Shown here one piece after another: positions 50,701 through 59,430 of a DNA stretch of 62,650 nt. The number at the start of each line of letters is the position of its first letter. Position 1 is the stretch's first letter. The stretch spans positions 32,730,510 to 32,793,159 of the forward strand of contig NC_068991.1 in NCBI RefSeq assembly GCF_001194135.2. Direction: 5' to 3'. Position numbers and translations under genes: made by a program. Source of the DNA: Octopus bimaculoides. Taxonomy: Eukaryota. The notes beneath the pieces were generated by a model. That model saw only the letters and a list, made by a program, of their open reading frames with translations, was not told where the DNA came from and searched no databases.

Positions 50701-53700
50701 CTTCAAAGTTGCTGCTTGACTGAGCCATCTGACTTTTGAGAAATAAATAACGTCTTCATACTTACTCCCAACTTTTACCAAGTATGCTTTGAATGTATGA
50801 TGGTTCAAGCCCTGAGACCTGATAAAAATTAACAACATTCACAATATCTGTCAACTGTTTCATATTCAATGATAGCAAGAGCACCATCAGTTGTAATTGA
50901 ATTAATTTTATTTCTATCAACATTGAACTTTTCTAATGATAAATTAACACGCTCAATTATGTCCCTGCCATTTGCTGTACCCTTCATATGACACACATCC
51001 AACATTTCCCCAATGATATTAAAATTGACATCAATTCCTCCGATGAAAACAACCAATTGTGCAGTGTCACTTTGATCAGTACTTTCATCTAATGCTACAC
51101 TGTAATGAACTCATTTAGATAACTGAGTCTGCAATGTATCCACAATACTATCAGCTAAGTCATCAATTCTTCTACCAATTGTCTGATGCAACAGACTTGT
51201 TTCACTAAATAAGTTTACATTCTCGAGACAATGTTCATTAAAAGCTATTACAATACAATCTTTTATTAATTTGCCAACTACCAATGGCTTACCCTTCTGA
51301 GCCAATTTTTCAGCTATTAAATAACTAACTTTTGTACATGTACCAGTTTTCCCAACATGTTTTTTGAATTTGTTTTGTTGTGAACTAAGCCTCTTCTTCA
51401 ATTCATCTATTTCCATTTTCCTTCTTTCTCCATTAACTTCATTATATTGTGACTCATGTTTGGCAGCATAGTGACATTTAGTATTATATTCCTTGCATAC
51501 AGCAATTTTATCATTACATATGAGGTAGATAATATTATTGTATGTTTCAATTACGAAATATTTTTCTGTCCATAGGACATAGAATTTTCTTTTTTCTTCT
51601 GTTATTTTTCTCTTCTTCGTATCAGATGCCATGACCAAATAATGGGCTATTAAAATTGACAATTAAAATTATTACATAATCATGCTGATATTAATATTCC
51701 AGAAATCAGAAACAAACGAAGGATAAATAATTTCTTCTGCATAAAGCATTAGCATTAGGCTCAGCCTAGACTAGAAACATTGAAGTACCACTGAAGTCAC
51801 TATCACTTGACATTATAAACAAGGTTAGGAAATAACACAATCAATATAGATCCGACCTCAAAAGATTTGAAACTGAAACAATGGCTGTTAATTATGCATC
51901 AGCAAAATGGTTGATTCTATGATGTAGAGTCAGCCATTGTACATCAAAAACCCCATGGCATCCCTGTATTGAGGTTTTCATTGGTCCATTCAAAATAGCA
52001 TACTCCGAGAATAATTTTCTCATCATACATTATCAAAGTAAATGAAAATATAACTAGAAAATAACACATAGAATTTGAATTGCCAGTGTGCTGCATGAAA
52101 ATATTAAGTGGGCTACAATGTGGCCTGCGAGTTGGACATCCCTGGTCTAAAGGAAAATAACTCTAATTTCCACCCCTACCTTGCTTTTTTCTGTTTTCTG
52201 GGCTTTTAACCTTCCACCTTTTATATCTCTCGTCTTTTCCCACTTTTTCTTTCATCTTATCAGCCTATTTTAGCTTGTTATGCCATGTGAGCAGCACCTG
52301 AAGATTGCACTGAGACACCAGACATGTTAAAAAATACTGTCCAGCATAAAACTAATAGAAGCACATAAAAACATATATTGTATTTATTAAATAATATCAT
52401 ATATATGTATCTTATATCTTTCACATGTTTCAGTCAATTGACTGTGGCCATGGTGGGGTACTGCCTTGAAGAATTTTTAGTCAAATGAATCAACCCCATC
52501 CTTATTTTTTTGTAACACTGGTACTTAATTATTCTATTGGTCTCTTTTGCTGAAATGTGAAGTTATGGTGGGTGGCATAAACACACCAACACCGGCTGTT
52601 AAGTAGTGGTATGGAACAAACACACATACATATGTACGATGGGCTTCTTTCAGTTTCTGTCTACCAAATCCACTCACAAGGCCTTGGTCGGCCTGAGGCT
52701 ATAGTAGAAGACACATTTTTCATGTCTGCTTTCCATGCTCAGTCATCATAATTCAAATAATTTCTCAGGAGTGATAGACTGGTGCTCATGTCATATGGTT
52801 TGATTTCCATGGCTGTATGCCACTCCCACCACCAACCACATACAAAGTGCATTTTTTCATGGCACCAACACTAGAGAGGCTCTCAAATCATCAGCTCAAC
52901 TCCACTTTTCCACTGCTTGCTCACAAGTCTCTCTAGAGAGGGAGGAGGGGTGGCTGGAGAGTTTACCAAGGCACCAGCATGAATGGGATTGCCTCATATA
53001 CACTAAATGTAAAGAGTACTCCCTATCATAAGATGTCTACATTCACTAAATGAGTGTAACTGAGAAGTATGATGATAGATAGAGAGAGAGGGAGAGAGGG
53101 AGAGAGGGAAAGAGAGAGATAACAAAATAAAAGCAAGCATGGGTGGGTGAAAAATGTATTAGTATGAAGACAGAAACAAGGTGACTGAGATGAATATGAG
53201 TGGAGAGTAAACAAAACAAATGTGTAAGTCATGGGTGACAATAGAAGTGGTCTTGCTCTATAAGAGACTGCATTGGACCATTTGCATTAGTATTATAGTA
53301 ATATTAATATAACTTCAATTGGTTATGGTTCAGAATTATTAATTGTAAGCATCTATGTATATGTAATCACACATAACATTCAATTACATTCTATTTACAT
53401 TACAATATCATAGGAAAGTAAGAGGGTAAGGTTTTTGAAAATTGTCCTGTTGGAGAGTACACAGTCATCTTGGAACTTATGACAGCTTTCTTCATTCTTT
53501 ATAGATCTTAAGGCTTTTCTTAATTATGTAGAATTGTATGTCAATTCGCAAATTAGATACATTTGTACTAAATAGTACTGAGGAAGGATATAATTCAAAA
53601 TTACTTTATTTTTTCAGCTACTCATAATTTTACAGTATGCAATTCTCTAGTCATAAACACACAATATCACCAACAAGTATCTATTTATGTTCATTTTCTG

Positions 53701-56150
53701 AGGTTAAATTCAATTCTTCTTCTTTGAGTGACCACAGCTGAGATGTATTTTACCAAGCAGAACCATGAATCTCTGTTCTCCATTAGCTTTGGTAGATCTT
53801 CAATGTTATGTTGTGTTTCCTATTCAATGTGGTTGAGTGGGTTTTGTCTTGTGTGATAGAGTTTGGTCTTCTGCATGATGACAGTGGCCAGCAAAGCCTA
53901 CCCTGCATAGAGCAACAACAGTAGTGATGTGAAGAATGAATGTCACCTGCCAGAAGACCTGACTAGAGAAGATCCATCAAATGGTGCAAGTCTGGCAGAC
54001 TGAAAGTCACAAAAATGGTTTTAGTGATGTAGATTGACATAATAAGAATAACATGTATGCCTTGGAGTATGAGAGGGTGCTGAAAAGTTTCTGGCTTTAA
54101 GGGTATTGTGAAAGGGTAGAGCTGTAACCTTTACTGGGGTGGTAGGACAACTATTTAGGAGAACATACGCAAATAAAAACTATAATGTTATACAATATAC
54201 ATTTCTTCTTTTTGTAGATTTAGTGCATGATGGCAGCTCCCAGTAAAATTTTGGTAAAATTGAAGCACAGGCTGTCATGAAAGTCCTCTTTTAACAAAGC
54301 AAAGGAGAAGCAGATATCCATGGCAAGATGAATAAAGTCTTGAAGGATGGCTGCCCATCTTACACCACAGTGAAAATCTGGATATCAAGGTTTTGGACTG
54401 GTCATTTCAATGTCACAGATGAACCCCAGTCAGGACAGCCAACTTCCACAACCACAGAGGACAAAGTTGATGTTGCACACATCATGATTCTAAAATATTA
54501 CCAACATCACCAAAAAATCTGACCATTCAAGATTTCAAGTGAAACTAGATCTAATAACAATTTCATCTTTGGCACACTTTTCTTGGCAAAGACCATTACT
54601 AAATATTCAGTGCATTTAAGTCACACTTGAGAAGAGAACATATGGAGATAGCAAACAGCAGTGAATAGTAGCAGAGCACTGTCACAACACAGAAAACAGA
54701 AGCAGCAGCAACACACCATGACTAGTTAACTTCAAGAAACTCATGACAGCAACTTCAATCATACTTGGTCCAGCAACAATAGGCTTAGAACTATCTTGGT
54801 GTAAACATCATTTCTTTGTAGCAATGTCATTTATTTTGTGAATAAATATCAAATATCTTTTAATTCAAAATCTCAAGCAGAATTCTGTATTCTTTATCAT
54901 AACAATTGATGACCTGACATCTAAAGAACACTTCATAGTCTCGATTTCCAGCATCATCAATGAGAACTTCTGACACCAAGAAGTCTTTTGAAACACCTAC
55001 AACACCATCAACACCAACTGAACCTTCCATATCATTGGCAGTTTGGTTCATTTATCTGGAGGCAAAGTTTTATTTTGTCAATGATAAAAATAGATATAGT
55101 GGCGGTATGTTGTCAACTTAATGTGACAGTCCCATGAAAGAGAAGAATACTACTGCTATTTAGCCCTAGGAAGCACTGATTCCTGTCAGCCTTGTCCTGT
55201 GTCTTTATGTTTACAAAGGGGGAGATAAGCACCTCCACCCAGCAAAGCCAGCACCCAGAGACTAGTTTTTTAGTCATTGCTCATCATCAGTCTGGAGTAG
55301 CATGGCTTGTAAACATAAGGATACAGCATGGCTTTGTAAACATAAGGACACAGCATGGCTTTGTAAACATAAGGACACAGGAAATATGTCAAGGCCGACA
55401 GGAAGTGGCGCTTCCTAGGGCTAAATAGCAGTAGTATTCTTCCCTTTCATGGGACTGTCACATTAAGTTGACAACATACCACTACTTTATCATGTTACTA
55501 CTGTATAAATCTCTCTGAGAGATTTAGAAATGTATTATTTTTATTTTTATTGAAAATCTCAGTCAGAATTCTGTGTTCTTTATCATAACAACTGTCTCAA
55601 TAATATGTATTTTTCCAACCCATAGTAGTATGGAAAAAACAGGAGCAAAACAAATATTTTATAACCTGTATTGTAATGTATAATATACAGGGGTTTATTC
55701 ATAATTAAATACATAAACAAAAGAGTTTCAGTCTCATACACCTATGAACTTTAGCAAAGGTGCTTTCTATTCCACTTTCTGATTTTCTCTTGTGTTTTTT
55801 TTACATAGTATTTCTCATTCTCATTTTTTCTTTATTTAAAAATATGCAAAAATAAATAAGTTGAATTTTAAAATCTTACTATTTGATACTTCAAAATAAA
55901 TGTTATATATATCTAAATATCTAGCTCATGTGGTGGTAAATAACACACACATACACAGATTTCTCTGCATGTTCTCTGATATAGAATTTCTCTCTCTCTC
56001 TCTCTCTCTTTCTCATTATTAAGTCGTTAAAGAGTCAAGGCAAACTACAAAATATTAACATTGTTACCTGTTTTACTGATATTATCAACCATTTCTTGAA
56101 ACTCAACAGGTACATCAGCTTGTTTCCACCGCTCACTATCTAGAATTAAA
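8031..56150 (-). CDS. VPS54: VPS54 (GARP complex subunit), partial multi-exon gene spanning the window; 5' and 3' exons lie outside the window or in gaps
   Basis: Six exons join in frame: (S)LILDSERWKQADVPVEFQEMVDNISKTG-KMQLPEKRIDLS-KKPGEFIIVNKEKYAVVG-TVLMLLKMMVEYCECVKDIPAAAQDIVTRLIDLLK-TFNSRTCQLVLGAGALQLVGLKTISTKNL-ALASRCLQLVVFYVPFVKNHFKTRLYDKKHMLKHLDQITK. This is colinear with human VPS54 as I recall it (LLLDNERWKQADVPAEFQ...YAVVGTVLLL...FNSRSCQLVLGAGALQVVGLKTITTKNLALSSRCLQL...HFDHITK). All introns are GT-AG and phases are compatible. Confidence 0.95.
8160..8280. repeat. Compound microsatellite (AAT)n-(GAC)n-(AAG)n abutting a VPS54 splice acceptor
   Basis: Seen directly. Confidence 0.95.
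9460..11660 (-). mobile_element. RTE LINE 3' fragment split by a solo LTR
   Basis: Tail at 9460; the sequence rejoins as aatgggtg|cttttaca across the insert; ORF 11149..11391 has GLSLRVKGRLYDACV. Confidence 0.85.
9616..10598 (+). mobile_element. Solo LTR (983 bp), probably Gypsy-type
   Basis: TGTAGCGA...TCGTTACA termini, exact 4-bp TSD GGTG (9612-9615 / 10599-10602), AATAAA near 10432, and removal restores the RTE sequence. Confidence 0.85.
11890..12070 (-). mobile_element. SINE fragment
   Basis: Antisense to the 612 SINE body (tttcagtttctgtctaccaaatcc...acacttggccaagg). Confidence 0.7.
12260..12805 (-). mobile_element. ~545-bp non-coding repeat bounded by (TAA)n on both sides, probably R4/Dong-associated
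   Basis: (ATT)n at both ends; lies directly next to an R4/Dong 3' end. Confidence 0.45.
12806..13400 (-). mobile_element. R4/Dong-clade LINE 3' fragment (restriction-like endonuclease) with (TAA)n tail
   Basis: Decayed L(W)DFNVQTDH..AR(R)PNIIVLDK motif; VIPVVIGTL...IQKTALLETTRIVRKVL C-terminus (ORF 12902..13246). Confidence 0.75.
13830..15030 (+). mobile_element. RTE LINE fragments (PHD-like insert, C-terminus, ~26-bp 3'UTR repeats, then an RT piece)
   Basis: ERKLCWYGHVM; QFGVVPG.STTDAIF..QL.KY..NK.LYLAFVD.EKAFD at 14790-14940. Confidence 0.8.
15547..15634 (-). CDS. VPS54: VPS54 exon (88 nt, phase 0-1): TFNSRTCQLVLGAGALQLVGLKTISTKNL
   Basis: Acceptor cattctttag|ACT; donor TTAG|gtgagt; highly conserved FNSRxCQLVLGAGALQ motif. 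Confidence 0.97.
15730..16140 (-). mobile_element. Tx1/L1-like LINE remnant (AP-endonuclease N-terminus fused to a 3' end and (ATT)n tail)
   Basis: Frameshifted NVCDLGSAW..S.L.NDLRSQDRDIATIYETRI, resembling the APE domain I LNV.GL...QET motif. Confidence 0.4.
16141..17345 (+). mobile_element. RTE LINE 3' end with a long pyrimidine-rich 3'UTR
   Basis: CSVQEIKLHWFDHVM; CT-rich segment; terminal ...gttaaatgatgatgat tail. Confidence 0.75.
17350..18850 (-). mobile_element. Decayed ORF1 (gag-like, degenerate zinc knuckle) of a Tx1/L1-like LINE
   Basis: ORF 17822..18268 VIVKVRKPRYHIYKSSTHFKAF resembles a decayed CX2CX4HX4C knuckle followed by a low-complexity linker. Confidence 0.4.
18950..19620 (+). 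mobile_element. R4/Dong-like RT fragment
   Basis: KGKAVGNY(R)PV...LLPTEQ...KGIKDHLITDKMITKNCKQRQTNLCMIWINFQKA; SLHE*LK corresponds to a degenerate YMDD region. Confidence 0.65.
19660..19970 (+). mobile_element. Ty3/Gypsy pol fragment (RT N-terminus)
   Basis: FPQVLSEDLSLCKKIEAYFQVNENTVPVFKSKRKVPF... followed by frameshifted KVDYS.W...KKKNKIRQCADFSTRLNDCL. Confidence 0.75.
20030..21870 (-). mobile_element. RTE LINE RT fragments, highly decayed
   Basis: ORF 20651..20839 STDDLFIVQQLLEKYL..KPLYFAFI.LKKAF; ORF 20987..21223 MKTGKAPG.SG. Confidence 0.8.
22116..24216 (-). repeat. Head-to-tail array of RTE 3' ends with internal ~58-bp tandem repeats
   Basis: The same junction recurs at about 22894 and 23351; unit aactcgatttcgatttcacttgcctcaacagg... 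occurs 3 times at 23987-24165. Confidence 0.75.
24319..24363 (-). ncRNA. Hammerhead-ribozyme-like motif (type I, minimal stem III), C3U variant
   Basis: ggacca-TTGATGA-g-GTCACA gaag TGTGAT-GAAA-gaac-TC-tggcc. Confidence 0.6.
24895..27120 (+). pseudogene. PLE ORF, first copy (N-terminal domain, Asn/Ser repeat linker, RT motifs to A, internal deletion)
   Basis: ATG at 24895; TGA at 25036; frameshift within the repeat; stop at 26716; jump to the thumb region at about 26850. Confidence 0.85.
28250..28294 (+). ncRNA. Hammerhead-ribozyme-like motif with intact catalytic core
   Basis: ggacca-CTGATGA-g-GACACA gaag TGTGAT-GAAA-gaac-TC-tggcc. Confidence 0.65.
28440..29892 (+). pseudogene. PLE ORF, second copy (RT palm/thumb plus GIY-YIG)
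   Basis: ORFs 28567..29646 and 29674..29892 are in one frame, broken by a TAG. Confidence 0.88.
30245..30288 (+). ncRNA. Hammerhead-ribozyme-like motif with perfect stem II and altered cleavage triplet
   Basis: ggcca-CTGATGA-g-GTCATA gaag TATGAC-GAAA-gaat-TT-cggcc. Confidence 0.6.
31376..33160 (+). mobile_element. Decayed Penelope-clade PLE 3' part (linker plus GIY-YIG) with ~115-bp inverted ends
   Basis: YNLALMNSGF; IIWF..P; C.C..QNNCPLDGQCL..NVVY; KIYIGSTTNFKIRYRAHMNSF; 31376-31490 is the reverse complement of 33045-33160. Confidence 0.85.
33235..33340 (-). CDS. VPS54: VPS54 exon (106 nt, phase 2-0): TVLMLLKMMVEYCECVKDIPAAAQDIVTRLIDLLK
   Basis: Acceptor tttaatattag|TACT; donor AAG|gtatat; visible inside ORF 33157..33399. 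Confidence 0.95.
33790..36330 (-). mobile_element. Cluster of RTE LINE fragments
   Basis: ERKLCWYG; DSFHYLSNQVS.GGGC; LYMACVDLEKAFNRVP..VIWWALRKL. Confidence 0.82.
35470..35708 (-). mobile_element. Second SINE family, inserted in RTE with a 17-bp TSD
   Basis: TSD CATTGTATGGAGTTTCT at 35453-35469 and 35709-35725; B-box-like sequence plus ctttcatccttttggggtcaat central domain on the minus strand. Confidence 0.8.
37101..37155 (-). CDS. VPS54: VPS54 exon (55 nt, phase 1-2): KKPGEFIIVNKEKYAVVG
   Basis: Acceptor tttgctttttatctag|GTAAGAAA; donor GG|gtaggt; similar to human RKPAEVLIVEGQQYAVVG. Confidence 0.9.
37930..39500 (+). mobile_element. RTE LINE 3' end with pyrimidine-rich UTR and (GAT)n tail
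   Basis: LHGSEVW-like and ERKLHWFGHVM segments; CT-rich 38600-39300; tail near 39490. Confidence 0.75.
39716..42400 (+). mobile_element. Helentron/DINE-1-like non-autonomous repeats in partial tandem
   Basis: Start ACTAGCAGAGATACCCGGCGTTGCC; ends ...gaaattggttgtgtagttct...cattctcat(c)tttatatat at about 40480 and 42400; 39895-40080 is duplicated at 40480-40665. Confidence 0.55.
40506..40577. repeat. 3 x 24-bp perfect tandem repeat AAATTCCAGTGTTATGGACCCTGT
   Basis: Seen directly. Confidence 0.95.
42395..42520 (-). mobile_element. SINE 3' end
   Basis: ttacttgtttcagtcatttgactgtggccatgctggagcac... Confidence 0.75.
42520..43920 (+). mobile_element. RTE fragments with an intervening hAT-MITE right end (about 42800-43062)
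   Basis: CTKCKLWTHKKRSGIKGRLTEK; hAT end gttgggaacctctg followed by CTCTAGAG. Confidence 0.65.
44493..44528 (-). CDS. VPS54: VPS54 36-nt microexon (phase 1-1): GKMQLPEKRIDLS
   Basis: Acceptor tttactttcag|GAAAAATG; donor TTAA|gtaagt; similar to human GKIALPEKK. Confidence 0.88.
   Translation of the reverse strand, partial: EKCNSQKKELT
44690..45565 (+). mobile_element. RTE LINE RT fragment with YADD and a PHD-like insert
   Basis: GVHQGSVLS; ELLYADDL; KVNLAKTK; WPCSICRKGVGSNSICCTKCKL(W)THKRC. Confidence 0.88.
46872..48073 (+). mobile_element. Mariner (DD34D) transposon, near full length, inactive
   Basis: TIRs TCAGGTCATCCAATAAGTTCTGTCCGA / TCGGACAGAACTTATGGGATGATCTGA; TA TSD; HTH N-terminus; HQDNA.PH and YSPNLAPSDY motifs; in-frame stops. 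Confidence 0.93.
48078..48380 (+). mobile_element. SINE, 5'-truncated
   Basis: acggaaactgagagaagcc...gtaacttagcagttc...gactgaaacaagtaaaag. Confidence 0.7.
48860..49340 (+). mobile_element. Penelope-clade GIY-YIG fragment
   Basis: SYCPNMKSII; SCNC..SGTCPLNQECMIKSVIYEAEV; YTGLCEGDFK.CY.NH..SF; LAGHIWGLK; RCKLCIAER. Confidence 0.85.
49441..52144 (-). mobile_element. hAT transposon (Charlie/SPIN; GTF2IRD2/EPM2AIP1-like transposase), decayed
   Basis: TIRs CAGGGGTGTCCAAC / GTTGGACATCCCTG; imperfect 8-bp TSD ATCTAAGG / GTCTAAAG; ATG at 51632 MASDTKKRK..W..YF..ICNDKIAV.KEYN.K.HY; ALDESTD; ITTDGA; VRWLS; STYCCEQFFS. Confidence 0.93.
50016..50332 (-). mobile_element. Hairpin-plus-tail insertion in the hAT transposase, with a 12-bp TSD
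   Basis: Palindrome 50072-50331, tail 50016-50071; TSD AATTTTAGTTCA at 50004-50015 and 50333-50344; excision restores ETELKLLSDTF. Confidence 0.85.
52410..52715 (-). mobile_element. SINE
   Basis: Full 3' end and body antisense to the 612 family. Confidence 0.8.
54068..54500 (+). mobile_element. Mariner 5' fragment (TIR plus HTH)
   Basis: tatgagagggtgctgaaaagtt end; PSYTTVKIWISRF.TG..NVTDEPQSGQP. Confidence 0.7.
55098..55550 (+). mobile_element. Second copy of the hairpin-plus-tail family
   Basis: Same ~100-bp inverted arms and the same ~60-bp tail as the copy at 50016; 3 x 27-bp internal repeat. Confidence 0.85.
56068..56150 (-). CDS. VPS54: VPS54 exon (83 nt, phase 2 in, phase 1 out): LILDSERWKQADVPVEFQEMVDNISKT
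   Basis: Acceptor ttttttgtag|T TTA ATT CTA GAT; donor ACA G|gtaaca; ERWKQADVP motif. Confidence 0.95.
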
Positions 56151-57253
56151 CTACAAAAAAAACAAAAACACATTATTATATATACTAGAAAGTTACCCAT
56201 CATATGATGAGTAATGAAGGGAATATCCTTCTTCACGTGGCTGCAATTAGCATGCATTTCATCATGCCAGACCAATCATCTCTGTGCCCCATAAACTTTA
56301 GTCAGTCTTTAGTTTCATGTATCTGTTATATTAACATCAATAGAAATGTGTGTGTGTGGGGGGGGGGGGCTTCATTCTTATTAAGATTCAGAAGTCTCTC
56401 AAATATAACATTCAATATGGCTAAGAATTCAGCACAATAGTAGAGGAAAGAATGTTGAGCAACAATAGTAGAGATGGGTGAAATGTATCTATTCATCTCC
56501 TCTTTGGTCTTGTGTCAGGATAAGCTTTGCTAGCCACTGCTACCATGATGAACAACTCATATCAGATGTTACATTTTGGAGACTTCCACATTTTAACAGA
56601 TGAAGACCACTCAACTACACTGATGTTAGTGGCAGAAACACACAACATGAAGCCAAGGACCAATCAAAGTTAATGGTTTGCACACAGCAAAATGAAACGC
56701 ATCAGTTTCAGCTGCTTGAAAAAAATTATTTGGAAAACTTTATATAACCAATGGAACAACATGTTGGTTGTAATTTCATTTGCATACTTACAACTCTTAC
56801 TCTCTCACACTCTAACCTCATATTCTCACTTTCACATAAAGTGTGAGTAAAATTTTTATTTCTAATAATACAGTACTTCAGTACGAATGAAAGGAAAAAT
56901 GAAAATGTTTAATAATAAAGTGCTCCATATAAGGAATTACAATAGCTCAAATTTATTTTATAATAAGTACTTATTTCAAAAGAATTTTGCAATTGTATTC
57001 AAGAATTATAACAAAATATTGACTTTCAACTGACTTCTTTCTTCAACCTATGCTTTAATCACCCACTCTCTTATTTTCTCTCAATAGTGAGACATTTATC
57101 TAAATATGCTACTGAAACAAAACTGAGTGGCAAATTCTGCAACTAAAATGACGGTCTATTATCCTCACCATTCCACATTGTGATGGATAGCCTAACACTA
57201 AAACCAATATAAAACTGTGATAATGCAGTTTAATTTTGTATAAGTAATATAAC

Positions 57254-57821
57254 TTGTTAGGATTTTCGAGCGAGATCGTTGCCAGTGCCCCTGGACTGGC
57301 TCATGTGCGGGCGACACATGAAATCTTTCGAGCGGGATCGTTGCCGATGCCCCTGGACTGGCTCATGTGCGGGCGACACATGAAATCTTTCGAGCGGGAT
57401 CGTTGCCGGTGCCCCTGGGCTGGCTCTTGTGCGGGTGACACATGAAATTTCTTCGAGCGAGATCGTNNNNNNNNNNNNNNNNNNNNNNNNNNNNNNNNNN
57501 NNNNNNNNTAGGATTTTCGAGCGAGATCGTTGCCGGTGCCCCTGGGCTGGCTCTTGTGCGGGTGACACATGAGGTTTCTCGAGCGAGATGAGCGTGGCCG
57601 TTGCCAGTACCGCCTGACTGGCCTTCGTGCGGGTGACACGTAAAAGCACCTACTACACTCTCTGAGTGGTTGGCGTTAGGAAGGGCATCCAACTGTAGAA
57701 ACACTGCCAAATCAGATTGGAGCCTGGTGTAGCCATCTGGTTTCACCAGTCCTCAGTCAAATCGTCCAACCCATGCTAGCATGGAAAGCAGACGTTAAAC
57801 GACGACGACGACAACGACGAT
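57254..57821 (+). mobile_element. RTE 3' end with ~63-bp tandem repeats and (GAC)n tail
   Basis: Unit ttcgagcgrgatcgttgccrgtgcccctgg.ctggctc.tgtgcggg.gacacatgaaat occurs at least 4 times; canonical 3' terminus. Confidence 0.8.
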
Positions 57822-58089
57822 TACTCTTTCAAGAGCATGAAAAAAATAATGCATCCAAAGTTACCCATATTCATTGCTGTCCATTTATTGGTCTTCGCAA
57901 GTTCACATGGTTAGAAAGAGCATTACTGAAATAGTATTTAACAGCTGAAAGTCCTTCCTGTCTGCAACCCTTACTTGTTTTACAAGTTAAGTATTTTTCT
58001 TCCACCGATATACACCCATTAAAACCGTCAACAACAGAATAGCTTGAAGAAGTTGTAAATATATATATTATCACTGACACTGAAACAGT

Positions 58090-59115
58090 GTCAATGTGAA
58101 GACACTGTTATTAAGAGAGTTGTTTGATTACTATGTGGTCCTGGGTTCTATCGCACTACACAATCCCTTGACCCTTTAGGCTAGTGTCTTCTGTAGCCTT
58201 TGGCCAACAAGTGCCTTGTGAATGAAATTGATAGTTAAAGACTGAATGGAAGCCTATAATGTGTGTGTGTGCGTGTGTGTGTGCGCATCATCATCATCAT
58301 CATTTAACGTCTGTTGTCCATGTTGGCATGGGCTGGATAGTTCGACCAGGGCTGGTAACCTGAAAGGCTGCACCAGACTACAGCCTGATTTGGCATGGTT
58401 TTCTATGGCTGGATGCCCTTCCTAATACCAACAACTCTGAGAGTGTAATGGGTGCTTTTACATGCCATTGGCACAAGTGCCATTTGTGTGACACAGGTAT
58501 CGGCCATGACTGCAATTTTGCTTGGCTTGATGGGTCTTCTTCTCAAGTATAACAAGATGTCAAAGGTCTTGGCCACTTTGCCTCCATGAGGCCCAACACT
58601 CAAAAGGAACTCAGCCATTTTGCCTCCGTCAGGTCCAATGCTCTAACGGTGCTCTTTAAGTGCCACCGGATGGGTGCCAGTTACATGACACCAACATCAG
58701 TCATGACTACGATTTCTCTTGCTAAAGGTCTCAGTTACTAGTTATTGCCTCAGTGAGGCTCAAATTCAAAGATCATGCTTCACCACTTTGTCCCATGTCT
58801 TTCTGGGTTTACTTCACCCACAGGTTCTCTCCACAGTTAGAGATCAGCACTTATTTACACAGCTGTCCTTGTCCATATGCATCACATGACCATACCAGCA
58901 CAGTTGCCTCTCTTGCACACCATATCTGATGCCTCTTATGCCTAACTTTTCTCTCAAGATGCCTACACTCTGTCAAACATGCACACTGACATTGCACATC
59001 CAGTGAAGCATACTGGATTCATTTCTTTCAAGCCTATGCATGTCCTCGGCTGTCACACAGCCATACAGCATAGCTGTTCACACACAGTCATCATACAATC
59101 TGCCTTTCACTCTGA
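58090..59115. mobile_element. Degenerate SINE (+, 58090-58285) followed by an RTE 3' fragment (-, 58286-59115)
   Basis: Similar to the 612 and 1319 copies. Confidence 0.7.
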
Positions 59116-59125
59116 GAATACATAT

Positions 59126-59338
59126 CTTATTTGTGAATTAAGGCTACCATTGGTTTCATGTTATGAAAAGTAGAGAAATATCCTAGTGTCTTAACAATTT
59201 TTCAAGCTGATCACATGGAAAATGGTGTTTGCCTCCATTTTGGAAAACAGTCTTGCTTCATTAATGGAGTTTCTCATAAATTTGCATAAATAAAACAATG
59301 AATGAATGAATCAAGGGTGCCTTAATTCACAAACAAAG
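59126..59338. mobile_element. Small MITE with ~22-bp TIRs
   Basis: cttatttgtgaattaaggc / gccttaattcacaaacaaag. Confidence 0.55.
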
Positions 59339-59430
59339 AAATTATATCCACCAATGCTGTGTTCAGCACCCATTTCCATCATTCTACATCTATATATATA
59401 TATATATATATAAATATAAATATATATATA

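Noticed and set aside
54860-55051. 63-aa minus-strand ORF as an extra VPS54 exon
   Set aside because: No similarity to VPS54 and no gap in the exon chain that needs filling.
55495-55535. Hammerhead in the tail of the hairpin family (stem followed by GAAA)
   Set aside because: The upstream core reads CTGTA rather than CTGANGA in both copies, and no stem I pairing is evident.
57254-57600. Regularly spaced repeats resembling a CRISPR array
   Set aside because: The units are contiguous with no unique spacers, lie in an RTE 3'UTR in a eukaryotic intron, and there are no cas genes.
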